63,799 bases of DNA, filler included, from Cladosporium halotolerans (GCF_011745625.1; 32 parts of 32 records of this genome joined end to end with filler, not necessarily neighbours in it), one strand, 5' to 3'. Shown: positions 47,924 to 60,353, counted from the first letter of the whole stretch. Translations and numbers: made by a program. The notes: generated by a model not told the origin, from the letters alone.

Positions 47924-49178
47924 ATGGCTGCCTCTGATTTTTGGAAGGCGCTGGATCGTCTAGGCCTTTCGCAGTACCACGACAGACTTCTCCAAGAGGC
48001 TTTTGATTCTTGGGAAGTCCTTGCTGACATCACGGTAGAGGATTGGTTGGTCCCCATTTCCTTCAAAAGATGACTTGGTGTTTCTAATGATCCAGCAGTG
48101 ATGCGCTGGATATAAAACTGGGACACCGCAGAGTGAGTATTGCTTTTGGAGCTGCAATACCTTACCTAAGCTGGCTGTTCACACTCGTCGTTGCAACCGA
48201 GTCTGACCTTATTCCACAGATTTTACAGCGAGCAATAACCGAATCCCACAGAGGCAGACCGCAACCATTAGCGATTGCAGTTCCCCACGTCAGGTCCAAG
48301 CAAAGGGCTCCGGACCCACCAAGACCCGTCACGTCGCGAGATCCCGGCCATGATGTAAGTGCAATCGCGCAGGCAAAAGCGGGGAGCAAACGAAGATATA
48401 GGCGGCATCCAAAGGTGAGGCTTTCCGGACGAATATTCTATGCCATATACATCAGCGCGACGAATCTGGCAGAGGGTGGTCGCTGATGAGCACGCAGCCC
48501 GATCAAAATGCACCTAAAAGGCCAACATCTGCATACGTCCTATTCTCAAACCGTGGGCAGCAATGAAATCTTTGCACCGACCACCCAATGCTGACCTTTT
48601 TCCCAGAAACAAGAAACTTACTGAAGGGCCAGGGCCTTAGCTTCACTAAAATCGCCAAGACAGTCGGCGAACGATGGCAGGTACTTCCACTCGAGGAGAA
48701 GGCGATCTACGAAAGCAGGGCCCCGAATGATGAAACATCAATATCATACCCAGTTGGCTGAATACAAAAGAACTAAAGATCATGCGGATTACCAGGAGTA
48801 CCTTGCGGATTTCCACGTCAAGCACGACCACCAACTCAGCAGTAAGTCGTCGAGCGTTGGCATCGATTGATAAGTTCTAATACTTTTACAGCTCAGAAAA
48901 GAATAAAGGGTGATTACAAATCAAGCCCGCACCGACGCCGCAACCACGAGAGAGGGATCGGTAGCCCCGATGGCAAAGAGGGCTGTGCTAACCATAGCGA
49001 GCAATCCTCCGGCGACACGCACCTTTCCGGTTTTCAGTCCTCAAAATCACCTACTCGTGTCAATCGGCCGCTATCAATACAACCAGCCAATGTTCTGTCA
49101 AACATCGCACCCATCATGCTGTCACCAGCTTCCGGATCTGCCTCATGCTACACCAACAAAAACCTTGCAAGCATCAGC
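47924..49178 (+). pseudogene. SAM-domain plus HMG-box protein, multi-intron, apparent +1 frameshift
   Basis: LDRLGLSQYHDRLLQEAFDSWEVL...KLGHRR (SAM); KRRYRRHPK, PDQNAPKRPTSAYVLFSN, VGERWQ (HMG); frame break at CCCC 48721-48724. Confidence 0.8.
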
Positions 49179-49278
49179 NNNNNNNNNNNNNNNNNNNNNN
49201 NNNNNNNNNNNNNNNNNNNNNNTTAATTAATTAANNNNNNNNNNNNNNNNNNNNNNNNNNNNNNNNNNNNNNNNNNNN

Positions 49279-50106
49279 CCTCGCTTTGGCTTCTTCCTGG
49301 ACTTTTGCATTGACTACGGCGTCGTACTCTTTCGCGGCCGGATCGTCGAGCGGATCAGCTAGCATTTTTCCGAACAAGTTCTCGAACCTGCTGTTACCAT
49401 TGCAGATATGTGCTATAAAGTCTGGAGCTTCTGTCTCGCTCTTCCGGGAATCCTCGATATGAGGAGGGTCCTTTGCTCCTTCCCTTCGGTCCTCCAAGAA
49501 ATCGGGTGCTTTGTCAAGCAAAATCCACTTGTCACCCTGGAGATCATAGTAGTCCTCGGTCAGGCCAGAACGTTTGCCACGGCTTTGTACATATTGCACA
49601 ACTTCGTTAATGACTTGAGGCGGGAAGGGAAACTCGTTGTCCCCTGCATTGCTTGCAGTTTGCAGTTCAAGGGTGAGTGCTGAAAGCCCAATCAGTCGTC
49701 TTGTTGTGCACTAGATCCGTGCAAAGTTCCACGTACCTTGCGTGACATATTCTTGAGCCTCATGCTCGGTGACATTTTCGACAATAAACCGTGCATAGGC
49801 GCGAAGTCGACGACAACGAACATATACATTGCGATCGGCCGTACTTGTCGCGGATAAGCCCTTCTCAGGGTGCGGCAGATCGTCATCGAATACGTTGTTC
49901 CATTCTGGGTGTGTTTTTTTGTATTCTTCGCGTCTTTCATCGGCTTTCTTTAGATTTGTGTAGTAAGTGGCGTAAAAATCTTCAAAGGAAAATGCTACAT
50001 CGCTCGGAGCCTTATTTGCCTTCGTGCCGCCTTGCGCTGGAGAAGCAAGAGCTTGGCCAAATGTCGCACCTTGCGCGTTTCGGTGGGTTTTTGTTGCGAC
50101 TGACAT
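49279..50106 (-). CDS. Hypothetical protein, two exons, 3' truncated
   Basis: Intron 49680-49736 (GTACGT...CTGAT...CAG) joins two ORFs in frame. Confidence 0.65.
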
Positions 50107-50750
50107 AACGAGCGCAAGATTGATCGATGCGTTTCAGAAAGTGGTTGTTCGGTCGCTGTGTTGATAAGCTGGTGTCTGTTAAGGATGCGGGAGATACAGT
50201 TGATACTCATGCGGACTATATATTCCTGCCAGGAGCGCTCCTCGAGTCAACATTTACGATGATAGACCCAATACGTGCGAAGGGGGGGCAGAGTTTTGGA
50301 AGAGAGGCGGGAGCCCCTGGGGTCCAAAAGTTAGCTTTCTAACTTGAGTCCCAGTGCAGCGTGACTGGTATGATTGTCAGACTATACAGTACTGTACATT
50401 CGGCCCTGACATACCGGACGTGGCTACCTAACGAAAGCGCTGGAATGTGCGTCCAATTCCATCACGCGCAGTTCGGCAGGTACGCATGCGCTCGACCTGC
50501 GGCCCCTCACGAAAGCTTTCTGGCAAGGTTGTGCGCACCACGGCCGCCCCATGCTCTCAACAAAGTTTGAGCAGTCTCCGTCAACGTCGGTCGATCGTCG
50601 ACTCACTTATGACCTTGGATCGTACTGTAGAGGTACAGTAAGTGGCTGACTTGCCAAGTTCTGCTGTGATCACCTCTCCCCCATTTCTGCGGTTGACCGT
50701 GCTCTTTTCTTGTTTACCTCCTTCAATTTCGTATTTGTCCGTCGTTGAAC

Positions 50751-51055
50751 ATGCGCAGCAATAACGTTCGACAGATTTGCCCGCATAAGTTCCTCCGCAT
50801 CGTCCTCGCCGTGGCTGTCGCTGCCGCTGTCTTCTTCTTCGCTACCATGGAACGCGGTTCCACGAGATATGCCGAAGTCAGTGCAGCGTCCGATCTAAGT
50901 TTATTTGGAAAGTCACCACAGGCAGTAGGACCCTGCAAAAGCTTGCCTGGTGCCGACAGAACTGTCGTCATCATTCGGACTGGTTCGACTGAACTAGAGA
51001 ACAGACTCCCTATCCACCTGACGACTAGTATACGGTGCATCTCAGACTACTTGAT
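50751..51055 (+). CDS. GT31-like glycosyltransferase N-terminus
   Basis: Signal anchor, then CKSLPGADRTVVIIRTGSTEL...LPIHLTTSIRC. Confidence 0.7.
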
Positions 51056-51156
51056 NNNNNNNNNNNNNNNNNNNNNNNNNNNNNNNNNNNNNNNNNNNNT
51101 TAATTAATTAANNNNNNNNNNNNNNNNNNNNNNNNNNNNNNNNNNNNNNNNNNNNT

Positions 51157-52512
51157 TTAGCTGGCAGAGGAGCGGACCTGGTTGATGGAGACGGCAATCG
51201 TCTTCCCGATGGCGAAGATGTATACAACACCTGGTCGAAGCATTTTCATGATCTGTTGGACAGCAAAGGGTACCCTCCGGAATGGATAAAGCATTTCAAC
51301 CGCACTGTTTCAGGACTGGCCGCGCGGCGCGGGAAAGATTCTCCCTATACAATTGAAGAGATTCAACGGGTTGCCTCGCAGCATGGAGAGCCAATGACAG
51401 AGTCCGTCTATACGAGGCAACTGCAAGAACGTGATAGCGCCATCAAGTCCTCAGAGACGCCGCTGACTCCGGAAGCTGATGCTCGCAAGCGCAAGAGGCG
51501 TGGGTCCGGCCCGGATGGAGATGGAGATAGTCCTGCGCACAAGAGACTTGACGATCGAAGCTCAACTGGGCCTCGATCTCCACACGACGTCAGCAGCAAT
51601 GAGCCATCAGTCGAAGGCGAAACCTTAAACGATGCGAATGGTCCCCAATCAAGCCCTACCTCAGCAGAAGCGCAGACGACAGATCGGGACGCCGCTATGG
51701 GCGAAGGTGGTATCCCTCCCACCGCTGAAGAATCGTCCTCGCAGGTCAGAAACGAAGTCTTCACTGACCCCGATCGACAAGAAGGAAAGATCGGTGGGTT
51801 CAGGGTGGCGAGCAAGAAGCGTGACGGAACGGAATACTACCAAGTGTTGGTTGAGGTGGGCACCTACAACCAAGGACGTATCACCCTATGGCATATCAAG
51901 GCAGCGACTATGTACCGCGAGTCACTTGTCGACGAATACAAAGACAGCAGAGGCATCGAAATCACCACTGCAGATGGTAATGTGGCTGAACTTAAGAAGC
52001 ACCCCTTCAAAACAACTGAAATATCTGGGATCGCAATGATCCCGAGAACGACGGGGAAGAACCTCAAGAAGATGCCGACGATGTTCATACGCTTAGATCT
52101 TGATGACGGTCAGGGTCCACGTTTCTGGTCAAGAAGCTACATGGGCAAGGTGTGGGGCGTCGGGCCTGTGAGCCGGAAGATTCGAGACCTGATGAAAGGC
52201 GCTGGGATGCCAAGTGTAATCGTGCCTGAAGGTGCAAGCAGGCGGACCTGCAGGGACTGGGGGGTGGAGTACAAAAGTCCAATGGAGGAACCCGAGAGGG
52301 GAGAAACCTTGGAAGACGAGAGTGGAGCAGAGCTGGATCGAAACGACGGCGTGTACGATGAAGACGGTGGGTTTGTTGTACCCGGTGAAGATCCGCCGCT
52401 CGAACGCAGCTCGAAGGAATTATTGAGGGCCGACAAGGAGAGGAGGCTGGAGGAGCTGAGGGTGAAGACTGCCATGCTGGAGAAATCTTTGGCGGAAGAG
52501 ACGGAAACCTGA
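51157..52512 (+). CDS. Hypothetical protein (over 450 aa, open at the contig start)
   Basis: Long uninterrupted ORF with NLS-like RKRKRR and an acidic C-terminus. Confidence 0.7.
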   Translation, partial: LAGRGADLVDGDGNRLPDGEDVYNTWSKHFHDLLDSKGYPPEWIKHFNRTVSGLAARRGKDSPYTIEEIQRVASQHGEPMTESVYTRQLQERDSAIKSSETPLTPEADARKRKRRGSGPDGDGDSPAHKRLDDRSSTGPRSPHDVSSNEPSVEGETLNDANGPQSSPTSAEAQTTDRDAAMGEGGIPPTAEESSSQVRNEVFTDPDRQEGKIGGFRVASKKRDGTEYYQVLVEVGTYNQGRITLWHIKAATMYRESLVDEYKDSRGIEITTADGNVAELKKHPFKTTEISGIAMIPRTTGKNLKKMPTMFIRLDLDDGQGPRFWSRSYMGKVWGVGPVSRKIRDLMKGAGMPSVIVPEGASRRTCRDWGVEYKSPMEEPERGETLEDESGAELDRNDGVYDEDGGFVVPGEDPPLERSSKELLRADKERRLEELRVKTAMLEKSLAEETET

Positions 52513-53900
52513 TACAGTCCTGTAGGACGTCTCAATGACAGACTTTGCCGGGACAATGTCCAGATGGAATACTACATGCGACGGGCTCTTAGTGAGGAAT
52601 AAGGCGCTTTTCCGGGGGTGAGCTCTTAAAGCTGGCGCAACATCTTGTTTTTAGTCTAGTCGGATCCTAATTTAGACTAGGCTGGCGTTGTGATCCAGAG
52701 GTGGACCTGTGCACACAATCTTCGTCATGCTCTTGGTAATACGATACGGTAGACCCAAATAAGGTGTTCCCAATGGATTGAACTTACGATCCTTTTCATG
52801 TTGTTGAGGACAGCTTGGTTATTTAGGTTTACGGTAAGTCGGTCTACTTGCTCGACAATGGGCAGTGACGGTATAACATTGGCGATCATCATGAACGCCA
52901 CAGAAGCAACACTTGCGCCTGGNNNNNNNNNNNNNNNNNNNNNNNNNNNNNNNNNNNNNNNNNNNNTTAATTAATTAANNNNNNNNNNNNNNNNNNNNNN
53001 NNNNNNNNNNNNNNNNNNNNNNCTCCCTGGTGACCAATGCCAATGCAGCTACGACACCGTGTTGAAAGACCAGTGCATGATACGGGGTGATGCGATCCCG
53101 GCCAGCTACGGTCTCGGGCACGAACCTGCTGCGCACGCTGTTCCAGTAATGATCGCCATCATCGCGGCCTACCGGATTCTCGCATGGCTCGTCCTCGATC
53201 GCAGGCGGGCGTGATCGACGAACGGTGTCGGAGCCTTCCAGGCGACGAGAGAGTGAGGAGGCGGCCTCCGCTACGGGTGTTCGAGGCAACAGACAGCTCA
53301 ATAGTGATGTAGAGTACGAATGGTACAGTATTCGCGATCGACCGGATTCTCCCCAAAGATTCAAGTCCCCTCTCAGCTCCATGAGACAGCAACGCTGCTC
53401 ATGTGGCGTGCTTCCGACAGCAGCTTCGCAAAGCACGGAACTTTGCAGAACGGCTGCATCACGCATACCGGACGGAAGACTATATTCACGTCTTCCAAGC
53501 CGCCATTTGACTTTGTTTCCCCCAAGCTCACCTGAATTTGGATCTCGGTAGTGGAACAGGGGAAAAGGCACAGATCAGGACACTGTACAAGGAAGTAGAG
53601 CTCACCATTTTGCGGCAAAAGCCGTGTATTCTATCCGGAGACTATCGCTTGTTCCAATGCTCCTGTGCGTCTCGCTGGGCCGTGTCCCACACTTTTCTGC
53701 CCCCCGCTTCTCCGTGCATATTTGAACGAGAAAGTACCGCTGACGTCATCGACGGCTGACTTTGGCCGCGTAAGGCGGGGGCGGTGATACCTTACACTTG
53801 AGTTGTCAGCGGATACTGCAAGATGCCTGTAACTGACAGTACCGGATCCCACGGTCCCCGCCCTACGCCAAATCACCACGTATCGCAGCGACAGCCCAAG

Positions 53901-54780
53901 CTACGGCATACGTACCTCTGACGCTTCGATGCTCGAGCTCTTGCATCTCTCATCCCAGGAGAACGAAGTCCATGTCGACCGGCCCACGCTGGAGCTGTCG
54001 ATTGTGTCGCGAGGGCTCGCTTGGGCAGCTTCACTCGGTGACCCTCCAAGCGTGTCCTCAGTCTCCGCATACCCGCAATGACTGTGAAGGTCAGGGATCG
54101 GAGCTTGTCTCGGCGCACTCGCCGGAGGTGGAAGCAGGACGCTGTACTCCCGGCTGAGCCTTCGCCCGGGCCCGGACACACACAGTCCGGGCGGCACCAG
54201 CGCGGCGTCCGCATCGATGGCGACACCTTCAGCCGCCATCACACCGCGCCTCCAGTGTTCGGTGTGCGGATTGCTCCGTTTTGCTTGGGGCTCCCACGGC
54301 TCGGACAACCCGCTGCTCAGGCAGTGGCTGAACGTCAAAGTGCTTTCGCTTTTGCGGCGAGAGCGACTGCCCTCCTTTGGCCAGCAGATTCGCATCGATG
54401 GGTGCAGAGCGGAAACAATCGACGACTCTGACCCTTCCGTCCCGTGGTACTTCCCAATCCGGTTCGCGACGGGGCTTGAAGGCTTTCGAGAGACGTGCTG
54501 TGGGAGTTGCGAGCGGTGCGGGTCGATGAGTAGCCGCGGGAGGCCACCAATGGGATAGCCGTGCGCGAGGTGACCGGTCGAGGGCGCGAAGAACAGCTGG
54601 ATGGATGATGGCTTTCCCAGCGAGCGATCCAAGCAGATGCTCACCGTGGGCCGCTGGAAGATGCCCTGACCGATCATGGTATCGATCCTCTCGACGGTGA
54701 CGCTGACCCTCGTAGCGACCTGCGCCGAGTCCGCTGCAGGACGGATCTCGAAGTATGGCTCGAAGTCGACGCCGACGAAC
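53901..54780 (-). CDS. Hypothetical ORF, open at the contig end
   Basis: About 290-codon open frame; no recognisable motif. Confidence 0.3.
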
Positions 54781-54880
54781 NNNNNNNNNNNNNNNNNNNN
54801 NNNNNNNNNNNNNNNNNNNNNNNNTTAATTAATTAANNNNNNNNNNNNNNNNNNNNNNNNNNNNNNNNNNNNNNNNNNNN

Positions 54881-56611
54881 ACCTGAAGTCCCACATCGAA
54901 CGCGCCCTCGAACAGAGTCAGAATGAACACATTGCGCATGTGAAGATAATGTCCTCCAACCACCTGAAGAGCGGTGACTCGAGCCTCAGAATAGCTACTA
55001 CCTCAGAGACACAGGCACTCAGACAGTTCGCAGACGACTGGGTTTGCCAAGTCGGTAACGAGGCGGACATCCGCAACCCGACGTATAGCGTCTTCGTACA
55101 CGGCATCCGCACCAGCACCATGGAAATGGACAATTTTGAAGAGATCCGGAAGAACATCCTATACGACAATCGACCGTTCATAACACAAGCGGAGATTCAA
55201 TATTTGGGCTGGCTGACCATAAATGCCTGTAGCAAGTCGGCACCGTCGGCAATCATTGAGTTCACTCGGCCGGAAGACGCAAACAAGATCATCGACGAAG
55301 GCCTGGTCTGGCGGGGCGAATTGTTCCAGTGCGAGAGGTACGAACGACTGTGTCGCTTAAAGCCGTGCTTCAAGTGTCAGAAATGTGGCCACATAGGAAC
55401 CCAGTGCAAGGCAATAGACACAGCATGTGGCTACTGTGCGCAGGAGCACAACTCTAGGGATTGCCCGTCGAAGGCTGACCGGACGGCGACCAGGAAATGC
55501 GCAGCCTGCGGCGGCGCGCACGAGGCGTGGAACTAGAATTGCCCGATCCGGAAGGAGGAGCTCGCTCGGACTAAGGCAGCATACGCGACACGGGCTCAAT
55601 ATTACCCGGTGCCGGAGGTTTCCAGACCGGATACTCTGTCATGAGCGGTGACAGGAACGCTACGGAGGACAAGATCTTCGATGGACCATGCCCATCCGTC
55701 GGAGACGAACATCGCAAGGGAGACCTCTCCACCAGGAAGAGGGCAAAAACGGACCAACAATGGAATGCCGCTTTCGACAGCAGATAAGGAGAATGAGCCA
55801 CCAAGGGGAATGCATGTTCAGAGACCCCAGAGGGCTGCCAACCCATCAAGGAGGGCGCTCGAAGCTCTAGAGATCACCATGCTAATCCTTACCAACAGCC
55901 AACAAATGGAGATCGACTCGGACGTGGTGAATTCGAGTAACATTCTAAAAATACTACAGCACAACGTTCGAAAGTCTAGAGATCCAGTGATGGCCACTCT
56001 GCTACGAGACCCCTAGTATAATGGAACACGACATCCTCGACATCCAGAAAGCATGGAGAAACCCGTTCTTGACAAGAACACACCATCCCGCTAAGGATCG
56101 CTTTCACCTTTGCTTCCCGGAAGCTGTGGAAGATGGACTCGCCAGGCTATGCTTCTTTGTTAACAAAGGACTCGACAACACGAAGTGGCAATTCGAGTGG
56201 CATACGAAAGACGTGTGCTCGCTCCATATCCATTGCGAGGCAGGAATCCAAACACAGGGGCGGCTACACGTTCACAATATCTACAATCCTGGCCTAGCAT
56301 CAGAAAACCGTGAGAGTGTCTTGCCTCTAATCTGTACACTTCTCGAGAGATACGAGCGGGACGAGCAAGCGGTACCCTATGACTTCGATCTCCACCATCG
56401 CTCGTGGGGCGAAGATCGAGTGGTTCAGGAAGATCAGGAGGCCGAAGAGCTCATTGTCATCATGGAGCGCTTCGGCATGACAAACACACTCCAACAGGGG
56501 TCAGTGGCGTAGGCGGAACGCAATGCCCAAACGACTATCGATTTATGCTATCACCCTAGGTCTTCTCGACAGGCTTATCAGAAGCGAAGTGAACAAAGAA
56601 CTTGACCACGA
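54881..56611 (+). mobile_element. Degenerate Tad1-like LINE: ORF1 gag-like C-terminus and ORF2 AP-endonuclease start
   Basis: CFKCQKCGHIGTQC, CGYCAQEH, CAACGGAHEAW knuckles; LKILQHNVRKS, IQKAWRNP, HNIYNP; multiple stops. Confidence 0.9.
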
Positions 56612-56711
56612 NNNNNNNNNNNNNNNNNNNNNNNNNNNNNNNNNNNNNNNNNNNNTTAATTAATTAANNNNNNNNNNNNNNNNNNNNNNNNNNNNNNNNN
56701 NNNNNNNNNNN

Positions 56712-56808
56712 TGATTGCTGATTGATTTCTGATTGAGCGCCCACCTGACTGATTTGATTCCTGATTGAGCTTCACCTGATTCTGAATATTCAAGATTCAA
56801 GATCTATG
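56712..56808 (+). mobile_element. hAT family C 3' terminus
   Basis: Ends TTCAAGATTCAAGATCTATG; overlaps the sequence at 47242-47301. Confidence 0.9.
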
Positions 56809-56954
56809 GAGCAGGGGAAAAGAAAAGAGGACAGGAAGTCGAAAGTAGAAGAAAGAGGAAAAGGATCAACATGAAGGGGATGATGAATATGGACATAGAT
56901 ATAGAGATGAATATAAACATAATCATAGTCAAGAAGGAGGAGGAGAAGATGAAG

Positions 56955-57138
56955 GAACGGGAACAGGAACAAGAACAGGAAGATGAAGTGGAATGTGGAA
57001 ATGGATATTAATAAGAGCAGGAACAGGAACAGGAACAGGAACAGGAACAGGAGAGAGGAACAGGAGAAAGGAACAGGAGAAAGGAACAGGAGAAAGGAAC
57101 AGGAGAAAGGAACAGGAGAAAGGAACAGGAGAAAGGAA
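56955..57138. repeat. (AGGAAC)n and 13-bp (GGAGAAAGGAACA)n tandem repeats
   Basis: Direct inspection; about 6 copies of the 13-mer. Confidence 0.9.
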
Positions 57139-58335
57139 GATGTAATTGGTTATAGATTATAATGAAAAGATGAGATGGTTGAAGGAAAGGGAAGGGGGAA
57201 GGAAAGAAGGAGGGTGAAATGGATTGGAATGGTAGGGTGAATGATTGTTAAGGATTGGAAAGGATAGAGAGGGAAAGGGAGAAGAGAAAAAAAGAAAAGA
57301 AAGTATTGTGGGTGGAATAGAAAGAGAGAGTGAGGAGGAAAGGGTATAGAGTATAGGGATGAAAAGAAGTGGATATGGAGTAGGTAGTTAGGATGAGATA
57401 GTAAGGTAAATATGAGAGGGAGTGGGATGGGAGGGTAAAAAGGAAAGAGTAGGTTGTTGTAAGGGATAGGGAGTGATTTGAGAGGAGAGAGAGTGATGTA
57501 TAAGAAGTAGAGTGGAGTGTTTTAGGGTTAGGGTGTGTGGAAGTTGGGGGATTGGGATGGGGAGGGTTTTATATAAGAAAAGAAAGGGAGGATTTAGAGG
57601 GGTGAGATAGAAGGGGAAGTTTGAGTGTATGTAGGGTATAGAAAGGAGGGTTTGGGGGATGGTTGTTAGAGAGGGGTGAGAGAGAAATGAAGGATTAGGG
57701 AGAGGAGAAGGGTTGTATTTGAGAGAATGTGAAGAGAGGGGAAATTAAGAAGAGGAATGGATGGGATGGAAGATATGGGTTGGTAGAAAGAAGTTGAGGA
57801 TGAGAAAGATATGGTAGTATTGATTGAGGGATATTGATTGAGGGGAAGGTTGAAATTGGTTGGATTTAGGGTGAGGGTGAGGGTGTGTAGGAGTTAAGGA
57901 ATAGGAGGTGGGTAATGTGATATGGAGGAGGAAGGTGGATGATTGGGGTTGGGTAGTGAGTGTTTGGAAGGGTATGGTGAGAGAAGTGAGAGGGAGAGAT
58001 AGGGGGGAAGAGTGTGAGGGTTAGGGTGTATGGAAGTTTAGGGAATGAATTAGAGAGGGATGTGTGAGGGAAAAAGGAAGAAGGGAGGGAGAGAGGGAGG
58101 GAGAGGGGAAAGGTAAAGGATGGGATGAAAGGAGAGAGAGTGGATTTGGGTGGAGGATGTGAGTTGGTAGATAAAGGTTGAGGGTGAGGGTGTGTAGAAG
58201 TTGGGAAATGGGAGGATGGGTTAGGGTGAAATGGAAGAGGAGAGTGGGTATGAGGAAGGAAGATAGAAAAGGGATGAAGTGTTGAATGAGATGAGTTAGA
58301 GGAGAGATAGGGAGGGAGAGAAGAATGAAGTGAGT
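57127..58335. other. 1,209-bp cytosine-free (+ strand) purine-rich tract
   Basis: No C between the C at 57126 and the C at 58336. Confidence 0.95.
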
Positions 58336-58533
58336 CACGAGCTATCTATCCTCCTAGGGTTAGACTTCAATATACGACTTACATCTTGTTTTACTTCACT
58401 AGCATATAGACTAAGTACAGTTCTATCGCCCTANNNNNNNNNNNNNNNNNNNNNNNNNNNNNNNNNNNNNNNNNNNNTTAATTAATTAANNNNNNNNNNN
58501 NNNNNNNNNNNNNNNNNNNNNNNNNNNNNNNNN

Positions 58534-59433
58534 GACGGCGTAGCGCGGGCCCATGTTGGCGTCGTCTACGATGAAGCCGCGCATGGTCAGGCGTTTGGAA
58601 ATGATCTGCATGAGGTTGCGGATCGGGTATTGGTTCCCCGGGAGTAGGTTGTACTGCGAGATCATGCCGCAGGCGACGATGCGGCCGAAGTTGTTCATGC
58701 ACGTGATCGCCGCCTCGAGCTGCTCGCCGCCGACATTGTCGTAGTAGATGTCGACGCCGTCGGGCGCCAGGCGCTTCAGTGCGTCGAGGGGCTTCTCCTT
58801 CTTGTAGTTGAAGCCAGCGTCGAACTTCAGGTCCTTGGTGATGAATCCGAGCTTGGCGTCGTCGCCGACGGAGCCAATGACGGTCAGGCCCTCGTTCTTG
58901 GCCAGCTGGCCGACGACCTGACCGACGGGGCCGGCGGCGGAGGAGATGAAGATGGTGTCGCCCTTCTTGGGAGCACCGATGTCGTAGAAGGAAGAGTAGG
59001 CGGTCAGGCCGGGCATGCCAAGGGGACCGAGGAAGTACTTGACGTCGAGGTTGTAGGGATTGACGATAACGGTGGCGCTATCAACGACCTCTCTGGGCAA
59101 AGCGGCGTACTCGGCGGTGGGAATCTGAAAAAGGTTGACGATCTGGTCACCAGCCTTGAAGTTGGGATTGTCACTCTTGAGGACGGTCGCGATGCCGCCG
59201 TTGGTGATTGCGCTGTCGAGCTCGTAGGCGGGATTGTAAGACTTGACGTGGCTGGGTCGTATGCGGCCGCGCTGGTAGGGGTCGAAGGAGATATAGTGGA
59301 TCTTGATGGTGACGCCGCCGGCGGGGGGAGCTTGCCCGAGGTCAAAAGTACTTTTCTTGATGCCGATGTGCTCGCCGGGTACAATCTTCCCGCTGGAATG
59401 GGCAAGGTACGTGAGAGTCTTGTTTTGTGCCAT
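58534..59433 (-). CDS. NADP-dependent zinc-independent MDR oxidoreductase (prostaglandin reductase/alkenal reductase-like), 3' truncated
   Basis: SFDPYQRGR, LGMPGLTAY, SSAAGPVGQVVGQLAK, DIYYDNVGG, CGMISQYN. Confidence 0.92.
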
Positions 59434-59626
59434 GATTGCTGTGGTAGGGATGTGAAATGAGAGATGTTGGTGGTAAAGAGTACTGTAACGAAGTTTGGCT
59501 TCTGTACTGTACTGTAAGAAGTCGAGTGAGGAAGTGTTGTAAGGAAACTGCGGGCATGGATTGTGTCATGACGCGTCTAGTGGAAGATACCAGAGCGACC
59601 ATGCCGACTACTGCAACTACAGGTGG

Positions 59627-60228
59627 TGAAATTTGGAGCTAGGGGCGGTGGTGCCCGATACTGTACGAAGATGACGACCGCACCGCCGCGGATACTGTGG
59701 GACACCCCAAGGCCGGGGATGACGCCTGCCCCGAACCACGAACCTGGCTAACGTTAGTCAATCGGGATCTTTGTAGCACAAAGAAGGCTGCAGTATGTGT
59801 GCTGTACGGGACGTGATGGCAATGCGCACTCACAAGGTGAGGATGCCTCGTGTGCCTCGGTGCCGCATCCCCTCAAGAGGTAACTCTTCTACAACACAAA
59901 GCGTGAGCGAGGCCGTGAAGCAGACCCAACCGGTCTCCGTGCGCACAAAGTCTGCACTTTGTACCAGCCTTTTCGAAGACCATCGAGCTTCGGTTCGTCA
60001 TTGTCAGAGTCGCAATCGATCATCTCGTCAGCTTCCACAGAGTAAGCCGGACTCGTCGAACGTGTCCTACGCCCCAGTCTCCCATCCGTTTCGGGATCGA
60101 CTTGAACAATGTCGGGCATGAAGGCCGGTCGAAGCACCGCGGAAGACGCTGCGGTAGACAGGGCACCTTTCGATGCGTTCCCGTGAGCACCTGCCATTGA
60201 GAACGTCGGTCGAGGTCCCTCAAGAACA
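59627..60228. repeat. Dispersed duplicate of 41659-42260
   Basis: Colinear high identity. Confidence 0.95.
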
Positions 60229-60353
60229 NNNNNNNNNNNNNNNNNNNNNNNNNNNNNNNNNNNNNNNNNNNNTTAATTAATTAANNNNNNNNNNNNNNNN
60301 NNNNNNNNNNNNNNNNNNNNNNNNNNNNCTCAGGGGTTGGCTGCGTCACCCCG

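Noticed and set aside
57521..57533. TTAGGGTTAGGG as a telomere
   Set aside because: Only two units, internal, and expected in a C-free G-rich tract
58021..58338. 105-aa L/P/S/H-rich ORF (also 56790-56972)
   Set aside because: By-product of the G-free minus strand, in which TAG and TGA stops cannot occur
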